Positions 9,760-22,248 are shown, counted from the stretch's first letter. The stretch: DNA of 64,000 bases from Thermococcus sp. JdFR-02 (GCA_002009975.1 MTLP01000031.1:1-64000), one strand, 5' to 3'. A program made the numbers and translations. Notes: generated by a model not told the origin, from the sequence alone.

Positions 9760-11975
9760 TGAAGATGAAAAAACAAACAATTCTGCTGGTTTTAGTTCTC
9801 CTACTTTCTTTAGTCCCCTTAAGTTATGGTGAACCATGGATAGAAGTTTACACGGGAAAAGTAAAGATTGGAGAAAGCTTAATCGTTGGAGAATACAAGA
9901 TAAAGATAACCCAAGAAGAGACAACCTTAAACCCCTATGCAATAATCTACAAGGGAGATAGCATTATCGCTGTTGGAAGTTTAACATTTGGAAATCAAGT
10001 TGAAGGGGAAAATGTAAGGATAACTGCCGGAAGATCTGATGGAAGGGAAGTTTTTGTTCTCATTCAATATAAGCCAGAGCTAATTAAAGAGATAAAACCT
10101 AAAGCTGGAGAATCCTTTAACATTGATGGTTATATTGTCGAAATACTCGATGCAACCAATGAGAGCGTTTCTCTTAAAATTAAAGGAATAGAGAATGCAG
10201 CACTAACCATAAAAGAAGGATATTCTGTAAACTATGATAAATTAGCCTTTGAATACACGGATGGAAGTTTAAAAGCTTATTTAGCAAAAGTTGATATAAA
10301 AAGAGAAGAAACAAAAGATTACCAAATTTATTATCCCTTTGAGTCTTTAAAAGTAGAGGCTGGAAAAAGCGTTCAGATACCAATAACTGTAATCAATGAA
10401 GGAAATCAAGATCTAATTCTTAGCCTAAAAATCCTTTCAATGCCAAATAACTGGGAAGCAAAGATATTAGATTCTCAAACAAGCTATGAGGTAAGCAAAG
10501 TAACTGTAAGAGCTGGAAGTAGTGTGAGCTTTATTTTGTTTGTTAAAATCCCCGAGAACGCAGAAGGAATAAACAAAGTCAAGTTTGCTATTGGAGAGGA
10601 GATAGGAGAAATCACATTCAACGTGTTCAAAAAGGAAGAAATTGATGTCAGAATTCCAGTTTTAGCTATCGAAAGTGAAGCAGGACAGGTTGTTAATTTT
10701 CCAATTACCCTCATAAACTTTGGAGAAGAAAAAAGTGTTGAAGTTAAGATACTTGAGAAACCAGAAAACTGGGAAGCTTATTTTGTACTTAATGGACAAA
10801 GAGTAAAATCGTTCTCCTTACTTACTCAAGAAACGCTGACACTTGTCATTGAAACTCCAAGAAATGCCGATCTGGGGGAACACAAGATAGAGTTTTCTGT
10901 TAATGGGATTAATTATTCTGTTAGCGTTTTCATCTACAAAACTCACAAGGGTGAAAAAGCCACTTTAACGCTTAGAATTGTTGATGATGAGTCAAAACCA
11001 GTTCCAAATGCTAAAGTAACTATTGGAAATGAAGAATATATAACAGATTCTCAAGGTAGTTTAGAGCTTAAACTAAATCCAGGAGATTACATTATCGAAG
11101 TTGAAAAAGAGGGCTATGAAAAAACCAAAGAGGAGATAAGCCTCTTAGATGGTGAAGAAAAGTCATTGACAATTAGGCTAAATAGGGCAGGCTATTATTT
11201 CAAAGCTGAGATTGAAAGTGATCACTTAACAATTCAGTTTGGATCCCAACTTTCCTATGAAGTGAGGATAGTGAATTTAGGCAAACTTGAAGACGGGTAT
11301 CAGCTCGAATTAAGTGGTTTACCTTCTGATTGGGCATACATGTTCCTAAGGGATCCTCAAAGTAACATCCAAGCTCAAAGTGTTAAGCTTGGTAGTGGTG
11401 AAACTAAGGCGGTGTATCTAAGGATAATACCCTCTTACAATGCACAGCCAGGAACCTACAATGCCACGCTTATAATAACGAGCGCCTCTGGATTGAAATA
11501 CGAGAAAAAGCTAGAGGTGGAACTAATAGGTAGCTACGAAATGGATATCATGCTCCAAAATTATTACGTTCCAGTTCAGGCGGGCAAAGAAATCTCAATT
11601 CCAGTGACACTTCGCAACCTTGGGAGTGCTCCTATAACTAACATAAACTTTGAGGTAAGTGCCCCAGAAGGATGGGAAGTTGAAGTTGTCCCTTCAAGAA
11701 TAGCAAAGCTTGAGCCAAGTTATTCTAGAGAAGGGAAGATGGTGGTGATTGGAAGTGGAGGAGAAAGAGTAACCCTTAACATAAAAGTCCCTGAAACCAC
11801 CCCCGCTGGAGAATACAAAGTCACAATAAGAGCAAAAGGTGATCAAGCAGAGAGAGAAACAGAGCTTAGGGTAAGGGTTAGACAAAGCTCAAGTTCTGCT
11901 TATCTTGGGATTTTAATTCTAATCCTTGCATTTGGAGGACTAATATTCATGATGAGGCGCATTGGGAGGCGTTGA
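9759..11975 (+). CDS. Membrane-anchored multi-Ig-fold surface protein (NEW3-domain / carboxypeptidase-regulatory-like repeats)
   Basis: Signal peptide; repeated (N)xG..P..W..P....G.Y beta-sandwich units; PGDYIIEVEKEGYE; C-terminal TM with basic tail. Confidence 0.8.
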
Positions 11976-11976
11976 G

Positions 11977-12960
11977 ATGAAGGAGCTAAACATAGCAATG
12001 AAAGAGTTTTACATAGCAGTGAGGAGCAAGAGATTCATTGGTCTTTTGCTTTTTTACATTATCTTGTTAGTTTTGATGAACTATGCTCAAAAAGATGAGA
12101 TAATAAACTTAGCTGGTCAAATAAGAGTTACACGTTTCGGTGCACTCGGAGGAGAAGGTACTGTTGTGTTTACTGCAGTTTCATTGTCAATATTCTCAAA
12201 TTTAATGAGTTTGTCAGTTTTTGGTGCTCTAATTGGAATAACCCTTGGTGCAGACGCTATAAATAGGGAAATTGAAGAAGGAACGGTAAAAGTTTTAATG
12301 AGCCATCCCATTTATAGGGATCAGGTGATTAATGGGAAGTTTTTAGGAAACGGTTTAGCTCTTTTGCTTATGATTATAATCGGATATACAATAACAATGT
12401 CATTCCTGCTTTTAATTGGAGTTCCATTGGATCAAGAATCTGTGATTAGGGCATTCTTGGCATCTTTTTACACGCTCATATATATGCTGACCTTTTTAAG
12501 TCTTGGAATAATGATCTCATCAATTATAAAGAAACCCGAAACTTCCATGCTTCTAGCAATAATACTCGCGATAATGCTCACAATAGTGTATCCAGTTATT
12601 TCTACAGTTATCTCTAATAAAATAGCAGGTGATGAGCCTTACTGCCCTCCAAAAATTGAAAGGATAGAGACACCTACAGGAATTCAAGAAGTTAGGATGA
12701 TGGACTATGAATGCCCAGCGTATGTAGAATGGAAAAATAAGAGAGAAATCTGGCAAAAAAGACTAAATCTTCTCACACCAACTTCTCATTATTCTCAACT
12801 CATAGCAAGTGCTTTTGCCGGAGATGAACTTGCACAGGATTATCTGCCAATAAGTGAAGCCATTCCTTTAGCATTTAACAACTTGGCGATACTATTAGTT
12901 CAGCTCTTACTTCCATTTAGCATAGCCTACATGAGATTTATGACAAGTGACTTAACTTGA
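11977..12960 (+). CDS. ABC-2/NosY-like permease (paralog 3)
   Basis: GADAINREIEEGTVKVLMSHPIYRDQVINGKFLG. Confidence 0.88.
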   Translation: MKELNIAMKEFYIAVRSKRFIGLLLFYIILLVLMNYAQKDEIINLAGQIRVTRFGALGGEGTVVFTAVSLSIFSNLMSLSVFGALIGITLGADAINREIEEGTVKVLMSHPIYRDQVINGKFLGNGLALLLMIIIGYTITMSFLLLIGVPLDQESVIRAFLASFYTLIYMLTFLSLGIMISSIIKKPETSMLLAIILAIMLTIVYPVISTVISNKIAGDEPYCPPKIERIETPTGIQEVRMMDYECPAYVEWKNKREIWQKRLNLLTPTSHYSQLIASAFAGDELAQDYLPISEAIPLAFNNLAILLVQLLLPFSIAYMRFMTSDLT

Positions 12961-12988
12961 CCACTTAAATTTTTAAAAGAAAAGAAAG

Positions 12989-14428
12989 TCAGCCCTTTGC
13001 AACTCCCATTGGTCTCATTCTTGCAACAAGCTTTGCTATTCCGGCTTTTGCAACAGTTTGAACAACGTTGTCAACGCTCTTATATGCTCCTGGGGCTTCT
13101 TCAGCAATTACTCTCTTACTTGCTGCTCTAATGTAAATTCCCCTTTGTAATAACTCTCTTTGTACGTTATCTCCTCTATATTGCCTCGTTGCTGCATGTC
13201 TACTCAAAACTCTCCCAGCACCATGGCAAGTTGAACCAAATGCTTCCTTCATAGCTCCTTCTGTTCCAGCCAAAATATAGCTTGCAGTTCCCATTGAACC
13301 AGGTATTAGAACAGGCTGTCCAACATCTCTATAAATCTTCGGAACAGCTTCATGTCCTGGTGGGAATGCCCTTGTAGCACCTTTTCTATGAACAACAACC
13401 TTTACCTTTTTGCCGTTTATCTCATGCTCCTCCAGCTTAGCTATGTTATGAGCAACATCATAGACAATGTGCATTCCTAAATCTTCAGCCTTTTGCTTAA
13501 ATACTTCCTCAAAGCTTTCTCTAACCCAATGCGTTATCATCTGCCTATTAGCCCAAGCAAAGTTTGCAGCAGCTTTCATAGCACTGAAGTATCTTTGACC
13601 CTCTTCACTCTCAAATGGAACGCTAACCAATTCTCTGTCAGGCCAGGGGACATTGTACTTCCTAACAGCTCTTTCCATAATCTTTAGATAGTCACTACAA
13701 ACTTGATGACCTAATCCACGAGAGCCAGTGTGAATCATTACAACAACTTGTCCCTCAAAGAGACCATAAGCTTTTGCAACCTCCTCATCAAAGATCTTAT
13801 CAACAACCTGGACTTCTAAAAAGTGATTTCCACTTCCCAAAGAACCCAATTGAGGTGCTCCTCTTTGCTTTGCCCTTTCACTTACATAGCGGGGATTTGC
13901 GCCTTCCATCCTTCCTCCTTCTTCTAATCTCTCCAAGTCCTCTTTCCAACCATAACCATGATCAACTGCCCATTTTGCACCATTGACCAAAACCTCATCT
14001 AATTGGGTCCAGTAAAGCCTAATCTTTCCTCTACTACCAACCCCACTTGGAACGTTTTTGAAAAGAGTATCTACAATTTGTTTAATTTTTGGTCTAACTT
14101 CCTTTTCGGTTAAGTTAGTTCTAACTAACCTAACACCACAATTGATATCATAACCAACTCCCCCCGGGCTTATAACGCCTTCTTTTGCATCAAAAGCAGC
14201 TACACCACCAATTGGAAATCCATAACCTTGGTGACCGTCTGGCATTACAATAGAATACCTATAAATCCCAGGGAGCATTGCAACATTAGCGGCTTGCTCT
14301 AATGTCTTATCTTGTCTCATCTTTTGGATTAAGAGATCATCGGCATACACTCTACCTGGCACTCTCATCCTTCTATCAAACTTTGGTATTTCCCATCTTA
14401 TATTATCAATTCTTTTCAACGGTATCAT
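12989..14428 (-). CDS. rtcB: RNA ligase RtcB (intein-free)
   Basis: [45 protein letters not shown]. Confidence 0.97.
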   Translation of the reverse strand: MIPLKRIDNIRWEIPKFDRRMRVPGRVYADDLLIQKMRQDKTLEQAANVAMLPGIYRYSIVMPDGHQGYGFPIGGVAAFDAKEGVISPGGVGYDINCGVRLVRTNLTEKEVRPKIKQIVDTLFKNVPSGVGSRGKIRLYWTQLDEVLVNGAKWAVDHGYGWKEDLERLEEGGRMEGANPRYVSERAKQRGAPQLGSLGSGNHFLEVQVVDKIFDEEVAKAYGLFEGQVVVMIHTGSRGLGHQVCSDYLKIMERAVRKYNVPWPDRELVSVPFESEEGQRYFSAMKAAANFAWANRQMITHWVRESFEEVFKQKAEDLGMHIVYDVAHNIAKLEEHEINGKKVKVVVHRKGATRAFPPGHEAVPKIYRDVGQPVLIPGSMGTASYILAGTEGAMKEAFGSTCHGAGRVLSRHAATRQYRGDNVQRELLQRGIYIRAASKRVIAEEAPGAYKSVDNVVQTVAKAGIAKLVARMRPMGVAKG

Positions 14429-14477
14429 CCTTCCTCACCCATTATTAGATTTATCTAAAAACTTTAAAGGCTTGCGT

Positions 14478-14903
14478 TTAAATATCAGGAACAAGTTGAA
14501 CAATCCATGTTCCATCTTCAAGTTGCTTTATCTCCATCTCATGATAGGTTATTGCCTTTACTTCTTCCTTTGGCTCATGCTTCTCTAAATCAAGCTCCTC
14601 TCCATAGGCTTTTGCTTTAAGTTTGTAGCTTCTGTTTGTTTTTTCAATCTTAACTTCAAAATCTCTAAATACTAATCCCTCGATATCGTGAATAATTAAG
14701 AGCTGCTCAAGGAAATTATAGAGTAAAGATTGCAAATCTTCACCTTCAGCTTCAACTTCTTTAACCGTTTTCTTTTCAACTTTACTTGTATCCACCATAA
14801 CCTCAAAAAGGGCTATTGCAACGTTTTCAAATGCCTCTTCCAAAGTTTTTCCATAACCCCTAATGCCAATATCAGCAGTATGTTCAAAATGTTCCCACTT
14901 CAT
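14478..14903 (-). CDS. Archease (RtcB cofactor)
   Basis: EHTADIG, VKAITYH, C-terminal DI; adjacent to rtcB. Confidence 0.95.
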   Translation of the reverse strand: MKWEHFEHTADIGIRGYGKTLEEAFENVAIALFEVMVDTSKVEKKTVKEVEAEGEDLQSLLYNFLEQLLIIHDIEGLVFRDFEVKIEKTNRSYKLKAKAYGEELDLEKHEPKEEVKAITYHEMEIKQLEDGTWIVQLVPDI

Positions 14904-14960
14904 ATTCCCACCTCCGATAGGTTAATATCCCACAACAGCTTATTAGCCTTGGGGATGCAA

Positions 14961-15827
14961 ATGAGGGAAATAACTCCAAAGAAAATCATTGAGATGAAGG
15001 GGAAAGAGAAGATAGTGATGGTAACTGCTTACGATTATCCCTCCGCTTTAATAGCAGATAAAGCTGGGATAGATATTATCTTTATTGGAGACTCCTTAGG
15101 TATGGTAGTTTATGGGGAAAAGAGCACTTTGAATGTTTCCATGGATCAAATGGTTTATCATACACGGGCAGTTGCAAAAGCAGTGAAAAGAGGATTGGTT
15201 TTAGCAGACATGCCCTTCATGAGCTATGAAGTTAGTGTTGAAGAAGGAATGAGAAATGCAGCAAGACTAATCCAAGCTGGAGCAGATGCAATCAAGATTG
15301 AGGGTGGATACGATTATAGAAAATTGGTTAAAAAGCTTGTTAGGGCTGGAATTCCAGTTATGGGACATACAGGTTTAACTCCCCAACGATATTTAAGATT
15401 AGGTGGTTACCGTTTAATGGGTGAAACTGAAGAGGAAATAGAAGAAATTTTGAGAGATGCTAAAGCTTTGGAAAAAGCTGGTGCTTTTGCCCTTGTTTTA
15501 GAGTTTACATTATCTGATGTTGCAAAATTGGTGACTGAAGAAGTAAAAATCCCAACAATAGGAATTGGAAGCGGTCCTTATTGTGATGGACAAGTCTTGG
15601 TTTGGCATGACCTTTTAGGAATTTATGAGCAAGTTCCACCTTTTGTAAAGAGATATGCAGATTTAAGGAGCATAATCCAATTAGCCTTAGAAAATTATAA
15701 AAGTGATGTAAAAGAAGGCAAATTCCCAGAAAAGCAACACTATTGGGAGTTTTTAGATAAAGATGACTTTGAAAAGAAGAGAAAGAAAGCAATAGAAAAG
15801 CTTTTAGAAGAGCCTGTTGAAGATTAA
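14961..15827 (+). CDS. panB: 3-methyl-2-oxobutanoate hydroxymethyltransferase
   Basis: [46 protein letters not shown]; start re-picked at ATG 14961. Confidence 0.96.
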   Translation: MREITPKKIIEMKGKEKIVMVTAYDYPSALIADKAGIDIIFIGDSLGMVVYGEKSTLNVSMDQMVYHTRAVAKAVKRGLVLADMPFMSYEVSVEEGMRNAARLIQAGADAIKIEGGYDYRKLVKKLVRAGIPVMGHTGLTPQRYLRLGGYRLMGETEEEIEEILRDAKALEKAGAFALVLEFTLSDVAKLVTEEVKIPTIGIGSGPYCDGQVLVWHDLLGIYEQVPPFVKRYADLRSIIQLALENYKSDVKEGKFPEKQHYWEFLDKDDFEKKRKKAIEKLLEEPVED

Positions 15828-16666
15828 CTCCTCCTTTCGCTCTTTACTTTTGTTATCTTCAATGTTCCAACGGTTATCAAGATAAAGCCAACTGCATGAT
15901 ACAAAGTGAATTCCTCACCTAAAGCCAAAGAAATTGCTATAGCTACAGCTGGAGCAGGGGTTATTATTGCAGTTGCCTTTGAAAGGTTAATTAGCTTTAT
16001 TGACAGATACCATACAACTTGACCAAACGCCAATATTATCGCTTCAACTATTGAGAGTTTAGAAAACTCTAAACCGTGAGATAAAGCCAACATTAAAAGT
16101 ATTAAACCTCCAAAGGTATTCCTAAGTGTTGCTATTAAATAAGGATTGTACGGAAGGGTCTTTGCAATTACATGTCCAATTTGCCAGAAAAGAGGGACTA
16201 ATAAGAGCAACACATCCCCCCTCTGTGGAGTTATTAGCCTTCCGTGTGTTATCACCAACGCCAAACCAAAAAGCACAAGAAAAGATGCATAGAGCTGGCT
16301 TTTTGTTATTTTTTCTCTTAAGAAGATATAGGCAAGAAGAAATGAAAACAGAACCTCTGCTCTTGTTAATAGAGAAGCATTTATAGCAGAGCTAAGCCTT
16401 GCCCCGTAGGAATAGCTGATATAAGCCAAAGCCGTTGAGGAGAGACCAATTAAAAAAGCCTTTGGAAGATATTGAGGATTTTCTTTAATGTCTTGCCAGC
16501 TTTTAGTTGAAATGACAAATATCCAAAGCATTAAAGACGCTAATAAAGCTGAAAAAGCTGCAAAGCTTAAGGGATTGACGGGGTTTGATTTAATAACAAC
16601 TGGCTCCAGTCCATATAGAAACATTCCAACCAATGCTAACAGTGTCCCTTTAATTTCGCTGTTCAT
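15824..16666 (-). CDS. DMT/EamA family transporter
   Basis: About 10 TM in two repeats; FLREKIT and LGEEFT motifs. Confidence 0.88.
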   Translation of the reverse strand: MNSEIKGTLLALVGMFLYGLEPVVIKSNPVNPLSFAAFSALLASLMLWIFVISTKSWQDIKENPQYLPKAFLIGLSSTALAYISYSYGARLSSAINASLLTRAEVLFSFLLAYIFLREKITKSQLYASFLVLFGLALVITHGRLITPQRGDVLLLLVPLFWQIGHVIAKTLPYNPYLIATLRNTFGGLILLMLALSHGLEFSKLSIVEAIILAFGQVVWYLSIKLINLSKATAIITPAPAVAIAISLALGEEFTLYHAVGFILITVGTLKITKVKSERRS

Positions 16667-16672
16667 TATTTC

Positions 16673-16990
16673 TCACCAAAATACTATGAGGTTTCTTTTA
16701 TGAAGCTCAAAAAGAAATGTTATTAAACGTTCGTATAAAGGTTCCACAGAATCTCCAAACTTTTCTTTTAGTTTTTTGCCAATGTGTTCTACGTCTTTAG
16801 TCCCATCACACAAATTCCACACAAAAACTCCATATTCATCAAGCTCTATTCTCCTATATTTTCCATGAATTTTTTTAGCTAAAATATCAAGAGGAGACTT
16901 CATAGGGATCAGAAGATATTGTTTTCCGTCAATTTCTCTCAATTCAATTTTTTCATTTCTCTTGGGAATTAACCTTAAATAATCCCGCAT
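16673..16990 (-). CDS. Stand-alone PqqD-family (RRE-like) protein
   Basis: IELDEYGVFVWNLCDGTKDVEHI..L...F......L..FL..L....LI pattern; start re-picked at ATG 16990 because the upstream extension overlaps tRNA-Ser. Confidence 0.8.
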   Translation of the reverse strand: MRDYLRLIPKRNEKIELREIDGKQYLLIPMKSPLDILAKKIHGKYRRIELDEYGVFVWNLCDGTKDVEHIGKKLKEKFGDSVEPLYERLITFLFELHKRNLIVFW

Positions 16991-17036
16991 TTTAGACACC
17001 AAAAGCAAAGTTGTAAGAAAAAGCTTAAAGGGTTTG

Positions 17037-17123
17037 TGGCGCCGGGGAGGGGATTTGAACCCCTGAGGGCTTACGCCCACGGACTCTCCAGGCCCGCGCC
17101 TTCCCGGGCTAGGCTACCCCGGC
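17037..17123 (-). tRNA. tRNA-Ser(GGA)
   Basis: GCCGGGG acceptor stem, anticodon loop CTGGAGA, long variable arm, GTTCAAATC, encoded CCA. Confidence 0.96.
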
Positions 17124-17141
17124 GTATAAAAAGGAGGAAAG

Positions 17142-17450
17142 TCATGAGATGAGCTCAATTTCAATAGTAACGTCTTCTGGGACCCTAATACGCATGATTT
17201 GTCTCATAGCTCTCTCATCAGCCTCAATATCTATAAGTCTCTTGTGGACCCTAAGCTCCCACCTATCAAAAGTAGCTGTACCCTCTCCATCCGGGCTTTT
17301 TCTTGTTGTGATCCTTATCCTTTTAGTTGGTAATGGGATTGGACCGCTCATTCTAACTCCTGTTCTCTCTGCAATTTGCTTGACCTGATTACAAACCTCT
17401 TCCAAAGACCTAACATTAGTGCTAGCAAGCTTTATTCTTGCCTTTTGCAT
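17142..17450 (-). CDS. rpsJ: 30S ribosomal protein S10 (uS10)
   Basis: [28 protein letters not shown]. Confidence 0.97.
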   Translation of the reverse strand: MQKARIKLASTNVRSLEEVCNQVKQIAERTGVRMSGPIPLPTKRIRITTRKSPDGEGTATFDRWELRVHKRLIDIEADERAMRQIMRIRVPEDVTIEIELIS

Positions 17451-17509
17451 GCTTGACACCTCTTAAAAATTGTTTAAAGTGTTTAAAGAAGATTTAAGAA
17501 AAAAGGGCT

Positions 17510-18796
17510 TCACTCGCCCTTTTGGATTGAAATAACCATACCAGCTGCGACTGTTTGACCCATGTCTCTAATAGCGAATCTACCGAGTTGTGGAATCTCC
17601 TTAACTGGCTCAATGACCATTGGCTTGGTTGGTCTTAAGATAACTATGGCTGAATCACCTGTCTTTATGAATTGTGGGTTCTCTTCAACGATGTTACCCG
17701 TTCTTGGGTCAAGTTTTGCAAGAATTTGCTCGAATCTAACGGCAACTTGGGTTGTGTGAGCGTGCAAGACTGGGGTGTAACCAATTGTAATTGCTGTTGG
17801 GTGGTTCAATACGATAATTTGAGCCTTAAAGGTGTCTCTTGTTCTAACAACTGTTGGTGGGTTGGTTGTGTGACCAGCAACGTCACCTCTCTTTATGTCG
17901 TTCTTTCCAACACCTCTAACGTTGAAACCAATGTTGTCACCTGGTAGAGCCTCTGGCATGGACTCGTGGTGCATTTCGATAGACTTAACTTCACCTTGTA
18001 TTGGTTTGTGGAAAATTGTTGATGCTGGCTCAAATATAACGACGTCACCAACTTTTAACTTACCGGTTTCTACTCTACCAACTGGAACTGTACCTACACC
18101 CTTAATTGAGTAAACGTCTTGGATTGGGATTCTCAATGGCTTGTCAACTGGCTTTGGTGGCTCTGGAACTTGATCCAATGCTTCAATTAATGTTGGACCG
18201 GTGTACCATGGCATCTTGTCGCTCTTCTTAACGACGTTGTCACCTTCCCAAGCACTAATTGGGATAACTGGGAAGTTCTTGTAACCAAGCATTTGTAAGA
18301 GCTTTGTAACTTGATTTTTAACCTCATTGAATCTCTTCTCGTCATAGTTGACTGTATCCATCTTGTTTATACCAACAATTATGTAGTTGATACCGAGTGT
18401 TCTAGCCAAGAAGGCGTGCTCCTTTGTTTGTGGCATGACACCATCTTTTGCATCAACGATCAAAATTGCAGCATCAGCTTGTGAAGCACCGGTAATCATG
18501 TTCTTAACGAAGTCTCTGTGACCTGGAGCATCGATAATTGTGATGTATCTGTGTGGAGTCTCGAACTTAGTGTGAGCAACGTCAATTGTAATACCTCTTT
18601 CTCTCTCTTCCTTAAGCCTGTCCATAACCCAAGCGAACTTGAATGACTTACCCTTTTCACCCATCTCTTCGAACTTCTTGATGATTTGCTCTGGTATGTT
18701 GGCTGTGTCGAAGAGTAATCTACCGATTGTTGTACTCTTTCCGTGGTCTACGTGTCCGATAAATACTATATTAACGTGTGGCTTCTCCTTAGCCAT
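17510..18796 (-). CDS. tuf: Elongation factor 1-alpha
   Basis: [26 protein letters not shown]. Confidence 0.99.
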   Translation of the reverse strand: MAKEKPHVNIVFIGHVDHGKSTTIGRLLFDTANIPEQIIKKFEEMGEKGKSFKFAWVMDRLKEERERGITIDVAHTKFETPHRYITIIDAPGHRDFVKNMITGASQADAAILIVDAKDGVMPQTKEHAFLARTLGINYIIVGINKMDTVNYDEKRFNEVKNQVTKLLQMLGYKNFPVIPISAWEGDNVVKKSDKMPWYTGPTLIEALDQVPEPPKPVDKPLRIPIQDVYSIKGVGTVPVGRVETGKLKVGDVVIFEPASTIFHKPIQGEVKSIEMHHESMPEALPGDNIGFNVRGVGKNDIKRGDVAGHTTNPPTVVRTRDTFKAQIIVLNHPTAITIGYTPVLHAHTTQVAVRFEQILAKLDPRTGNIVEENPQFIKTGDSAIVILRPTKPMVIEPVKEIPQLGRFAIRDMGQTVAAGMVISIQKGE

Positions 18797-18843
18797 ATTC
18801 TACACCTCCAAATTTTGGTCTAACCCTTATTGATTAGGATTGG

Positions 18844-18858
18844 TTTTTAAATCTTTCT
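18844..18858 (-). promoter_or_regulatory. BRE/TATA promoter of tuf-rpsJ-tRNA-Ser
   Basis: Minus strand AGAAAGATTTAAAAA about 50 nt upstream of the tuf ATG. Confidence 0.6.
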
Positions 18859-18866
18859 ATAACCTC

Positions 18867-18906
18867 GGCTCTCTTGAGCGGGAAATCCGCTTTTTTCAAG
18901 AGAGCC
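18867..18906. repeat. GC-rich nested inverted repeat (candidate small structured RNA)
   Basis: GGCTCTCTTGA...TCAAGAGAGCC 11-bp stem enclosing a GCGG-GAAAT-CCGC hairpin and a 5-nt bulge. Confidence 0.7.
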
Positions 18907-18976
18907 TCATAAGTTCAAAGGGAAATACGAAGTGGGGTTTAAAAACTTAACTAATGGAATTTTTGTAAAAGTATCG

Positions 18977-19819
18977 TTAGAGCAGAGAATAGATTTTGTA
19001 TGCCTTAATGTGCTTTGTATAGAATTCTTTGATGTAGATTGTATTGTTTGTTACCACAGCGTCTTTAGGAGTGTAGTCAAGCCTTTTACATGCAAGCTTT
19101 ATTAGACTTCTTGTATAAACACAGAAACCCCTCTTCTCGTCTCCTTGAGGTCTTACAAAAGAATAAACAGCTACCACGTATTTCTCTCCAACTCCGATCC
19201 TCACAAGCATTCTTAAATTTTCCCCTTTCCAGGGTTTTGCGACTCTGACTCTCTTCTTGAGTTTGTAATTCTCTAACAGATACAAATAGCCTTCAGTAGT
19301 GGTTACGTAGGTGAAATGATCATACTCTTCAACGTCAGTCACTATACCCTTTCCAGGACAGAAAAATTTAAAGCTTCCATCCATAACATTAACCAAATAA
19401 ACACAGCTATTCAAAAGAATGATTTTGTCATCTTGATAGGAATTAAACCAGACAGCTTTTGCTATGTATAACTCCCAGCGTTTATTTAATGAATAATTAA
19501 GAAACAGCAACTCAGTCCCCGAAGCATAGGGATCCCCCGGATAACCTGCAATTAAGAGAATACCCTCTGGAATGCATATATACTTTCCAAAGAAACCGTA
19601 AAGTGTATAAGTTTTGTCCTTTATCGTGAAATTAACATAATTCTCATACACTCCGCTGTATTCCTTTACACTAATTTTGAAAGGACATTCGAGAAAACTG
19701 CTCTTCTCAAATACAGGTACAATATCAGTTCTGGTTTCAATGATAACCGCTCTCATGAAGAAAAATACTATAATAACCAAGATAATGATCACATTAACTG
19801 TTCCTCTCGAGATTTTCAA
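18977..19819 (-). CDS. Hypothetical N-terminally anchored extracellular beta-rich (propeller-like) protein
   Basis: TTG start after GGAGGTG SD; single N-terminal TM; short beta-strand pattern with several Cys. Confidence 0.7.
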   Translation of the reverse strand: MKISRGTVNVIIILVIIVFFFMRAVIIETRTDIVPVFEKSSFLECPFKISVKEYSGVYENYVNFTIKDKTYTLYGFFGKYICIPEGILLIAGYPGDPYASGTELLFLNYSLNKRWELYIAKAVWFNSYQDDKIILLNSCVYLVNVMDGSFKFFCPGKGIVTDVEEYDHFTYVTTTEGYLYLLENYKLKKRVRVAKPWKGENLRMLVRIGVGEKYVVAVYSFVRPQGDEKRGFCVYTRSLIKLACKRLDYTPKDAVVTNNTIYIKEFYTKHIKAYKIYSLL

Positions 19820-19973
19820 CTTTGCACCTCCTTAACTCCAAACAAGTCATTACTACCAAGAAAAGTTTTATTCTTTATTAAATATAAATCTTATTCTAAT
19901 AAAGCTGAGAAAAATTATCCCACAATGTAACAATAAAAGAGCAAAATATACAGAAAGTCAAAGAAAAAAGGAA

Positions 19974-22172
19974 TCAGAATTGTGGACAAACATCCTTTTC
20001 AGTTGGTGGGGTTGGATCTAAGCCTTTTCTTTGTCTAATCTGCCTAATGATATTTACAGCTAGCTCGTTTGGAACTTTTTCGAATCCTGCATGTTCTGTA
20101 CTCCATAATGCTCTACCACTTGTTGCACCTCTAATTGCACCAGCAAATCCAAACATTTCTGCAACTGGTGCCTTTGAGATAATCGTCATTACTTCTCCTT
20201 CTTGCTTCATGTCCAATAGTTGTCCTCTTCTTTGGCTCATCTCTCTGCTAACTGAACCCATGTAGTCGTATGGAACGTTGATGATAACCTTTTGATATGG
20301 TTCATAAAGAACTGGCCCTGCTTTCATCATTGCACAGTGAATTGCTGTTCTAATGGCTGGGTAAATTTGAGCTGGACCTCTGTGAACGTTATCTTCGTGA
20401 ATCTTTGCATCAACTAATCTAACTATAACCTTCATAACTGGCTCTTTTGCCAATGGTCCCTCATCCATTGCTTGGTGGAAACCATCAATAAGCAAGTCCA
20501 TAACTTCATTGAGGTATTGTATACCCTTTGTATTGTCTAGGAACATGTTTCCTCTGTAAACATCAACTATACCTCTTGCAATGTCGTAATTCATTCCTAA
20601 CTCAGCCAACTTCTTAGCAACTTCTTTTGAGTTCTTAGGTCTCCCTTCTGGAATCTCTCCCTCTCTAATTGCTTGATAAATATTGTCGGGCATTGGTTCA
20701 ACAACAACGTAGAATCTGTTGTGTTTGTTTGGTGACTTACCCTCAACAATTGGGCTAACTTTTGTTATGCTCTCTCTGTAAACAACGATTGGCTCTGAAA
20801 CATCAACATCAATTCCCCAGTCTTCTTTAAGCTTGTAGAGCTTAACTTCAAGATGAAGCTCACCCATACCGCTTAAGAGGTGTTGTCCTGTCTCTTCGTC
20901 AATTTTAACATTTAATGTTGGGTCTTCTTTAGCAAGCTGTCTCAAAGCTTCAATTAATCTTGGTAAGTCCTTAACGCTCTTAGCTTCAATAGCAACTGTA
21001 ACTACTGGTTCACTTGTATAGTGAAGGGCTTCGAATGGTTCAATTGGTTCCTCAGCAACGGTTTCACCTGCAATTGCATCCCTTAAACCTGTAACTGCAA
21101 CGATGTTACCAGCTGGTACGGCTTCCATATTAACTCTCTCTGGACCCATATATATACCGACTTGTTGGATTCTTGCCTTTCTCTTAGCGCTTATAATGTG
21201 AACTTCTTGACCTGTTTTAACGGTACCACTCCATACTCTACCTGTTGCAACTTCTCCAGCATGTCTATCAATGATGATCTTTGTAACCACCATCACCATC
21301 TTACCATTTGGATCACAGTTAATCATCGCTTTACCGACTTCACTTTCTATTTCTCCTCTCCAAAGGTGTGGAATTCTGTACTTTTGAGCTTCAATTGGAT
21401 TTGGTAAGTGCTTAACAACCATATCCAATACAACAACGTGAAGTGGAGCTTTCTTTCTGAGAGTCTTTAAATCACCAGCATTTGTTAGGTCGATAATGTC
21501 CTTGAATGAAACACCTGTCTTTTTCATGTATGGAACACTTAAAGCCCAGTTATAGTAAGCGCTTCCAAATGCAACGCTGCCATCTGTAACGCTAACCACC
21601 CACTTGTCTTTGAATTCCTCTGGTGCGAACTTCCTAATCAATCTGTTAACGTCAGTGATTATTTTAACAAATCTTTCTTGCATTTGTTGAGGAGTAAGCT
21701 TTAACTCCTTAATTAGTCTGTCAACTTTGTTAATGAACAAAACTGGCTTGACGTATTCTCTCAAAGCTTGTCTCAAAACCGTCTCTGTTTGCGGCATTAC
21801 TCCCTCTACCGCATCAACTACGATAATTGCACCGTCAATTGCTCTCATTGCTCTTGTAACGTCACCACCAAAGTCAACGTGACCTGGAGTATCAATTAAG
21901 TTGATCAAGTATTCCCTACCCTCATAATTGTGGACCATTGAAACGTTAGCTGAGTTAATTGTAATACCTCTTGCTTGCTCTTGCTCGTCAAAATCAAGGA
22001 CTAACTGCTTCCCAGCCAATTCTTCACTAATCATTCCCGCTCCTGCCAACAGGTTGTCACTTAAAGTTGTCTTACCGTGGTCAATGTGAGCGGCAATACC
22101 CATATTTCTTATTCTCTCAGGTTGAAGCATTAACTCCTTAATTTTTGCAACCAATTCTTCTCTACGTCCCAT
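19974..22172 (-). CDS. fusA: Elongation factor 2
   Basis: [18 protein letters not shown], diphthamide loop [11 protein letters not shown]. Confidence 0.99.
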   Translation of the reverse strand: MGRREELVAKIKELMLQPERIRNMGIAAHIDHGKTTLSDNLLAGAGMISEELAGKQLVLDFDEQEQARGITINSANVSMVHNYEGREYLINLIDTPGHVDFGGDVTRAMRAIDGAIIVVDAVEGVMPQTETVLRQALREYVKPVLFINKVDRLIKELKLTPQQMQERFVKIITDVNRLIRKFAPEEFKDKWVVSVTDGSVAFGSAYYNWALSVPYMKKTGVSFKDIIDLTNAGDLKTLRKKAPLHVVVLDMVVKHLPNPIEAQKYRIPHLWRGEIESEVGKAMINCDPNGKMVMVVTKIIIDRHAGEVATGRVWSGTVKTGQEVHIISAKRKARIQQVGIYMGPERVNMEAVPAGNIVAVTGLRDAIAGETVAEEPIEPFEALHYTSEPVVTVAIEAKSVKDLPRLIEALRQLAKEDPTLNVKIDEETGQHLLSGMGELHLEVKLYKLKEDWGIDVDVSEPIVVYRESITKVSPIVEGKSPNKHNRFYVVVEPMPDNIYQAIREGEIPEGRPKNSKEVAKKLAELGMNYDIARGIVDVYRGNMFLDNTKGIQYLNEVMDLLIDGFHQAMDEGPLAKEPVMKVIVRLVDAKIHEDNVHRGPAQIYPAIRTAIHCAMMKAGPVLYEPYQKVIINVPYDYMGSVSREMSQRRGQLLDMKQEGEVMTIISKAPVAEMFGFAGAIRGATSGRALWSTEHAGFEKVPNELAVNIIRQIRQRKGLDPTPPTEKDVCPQF

Positions 22173-22233
22173 TTATATCACCTCAAATTCTACTCTCCTT
22201 ATGAGCTTGTCATTTTTCAATCTAAAAGTTTGG

Positions 22234-22248
22234 TTATAAATCTTTCCC
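22234..22248 (-). promoter_or_regulatory. BRE/TATA promoter of fusA
   Basis: Minus strand GGGAAAGATTTATAA. Confidence 0.6.

Noticed and set aside
12989-14428. Possible intein in RtcB (and in RpoA'/A'')
   Set aside because: GYDINCG is uninterrupted and protein lengths are normal (479, about 900 and 392 aa); no splicing motifs seen.
14730-14960. Long N-terminal extension of PanB
   Set aside because: It overlaps archease on the opposite strand; PanB homology begins at MREITP.
16991-17080. N-terminal extension of the PqqD ORF
   Set aside because: It reads through tRNA-Ser; the real start is probably ATG 16990.
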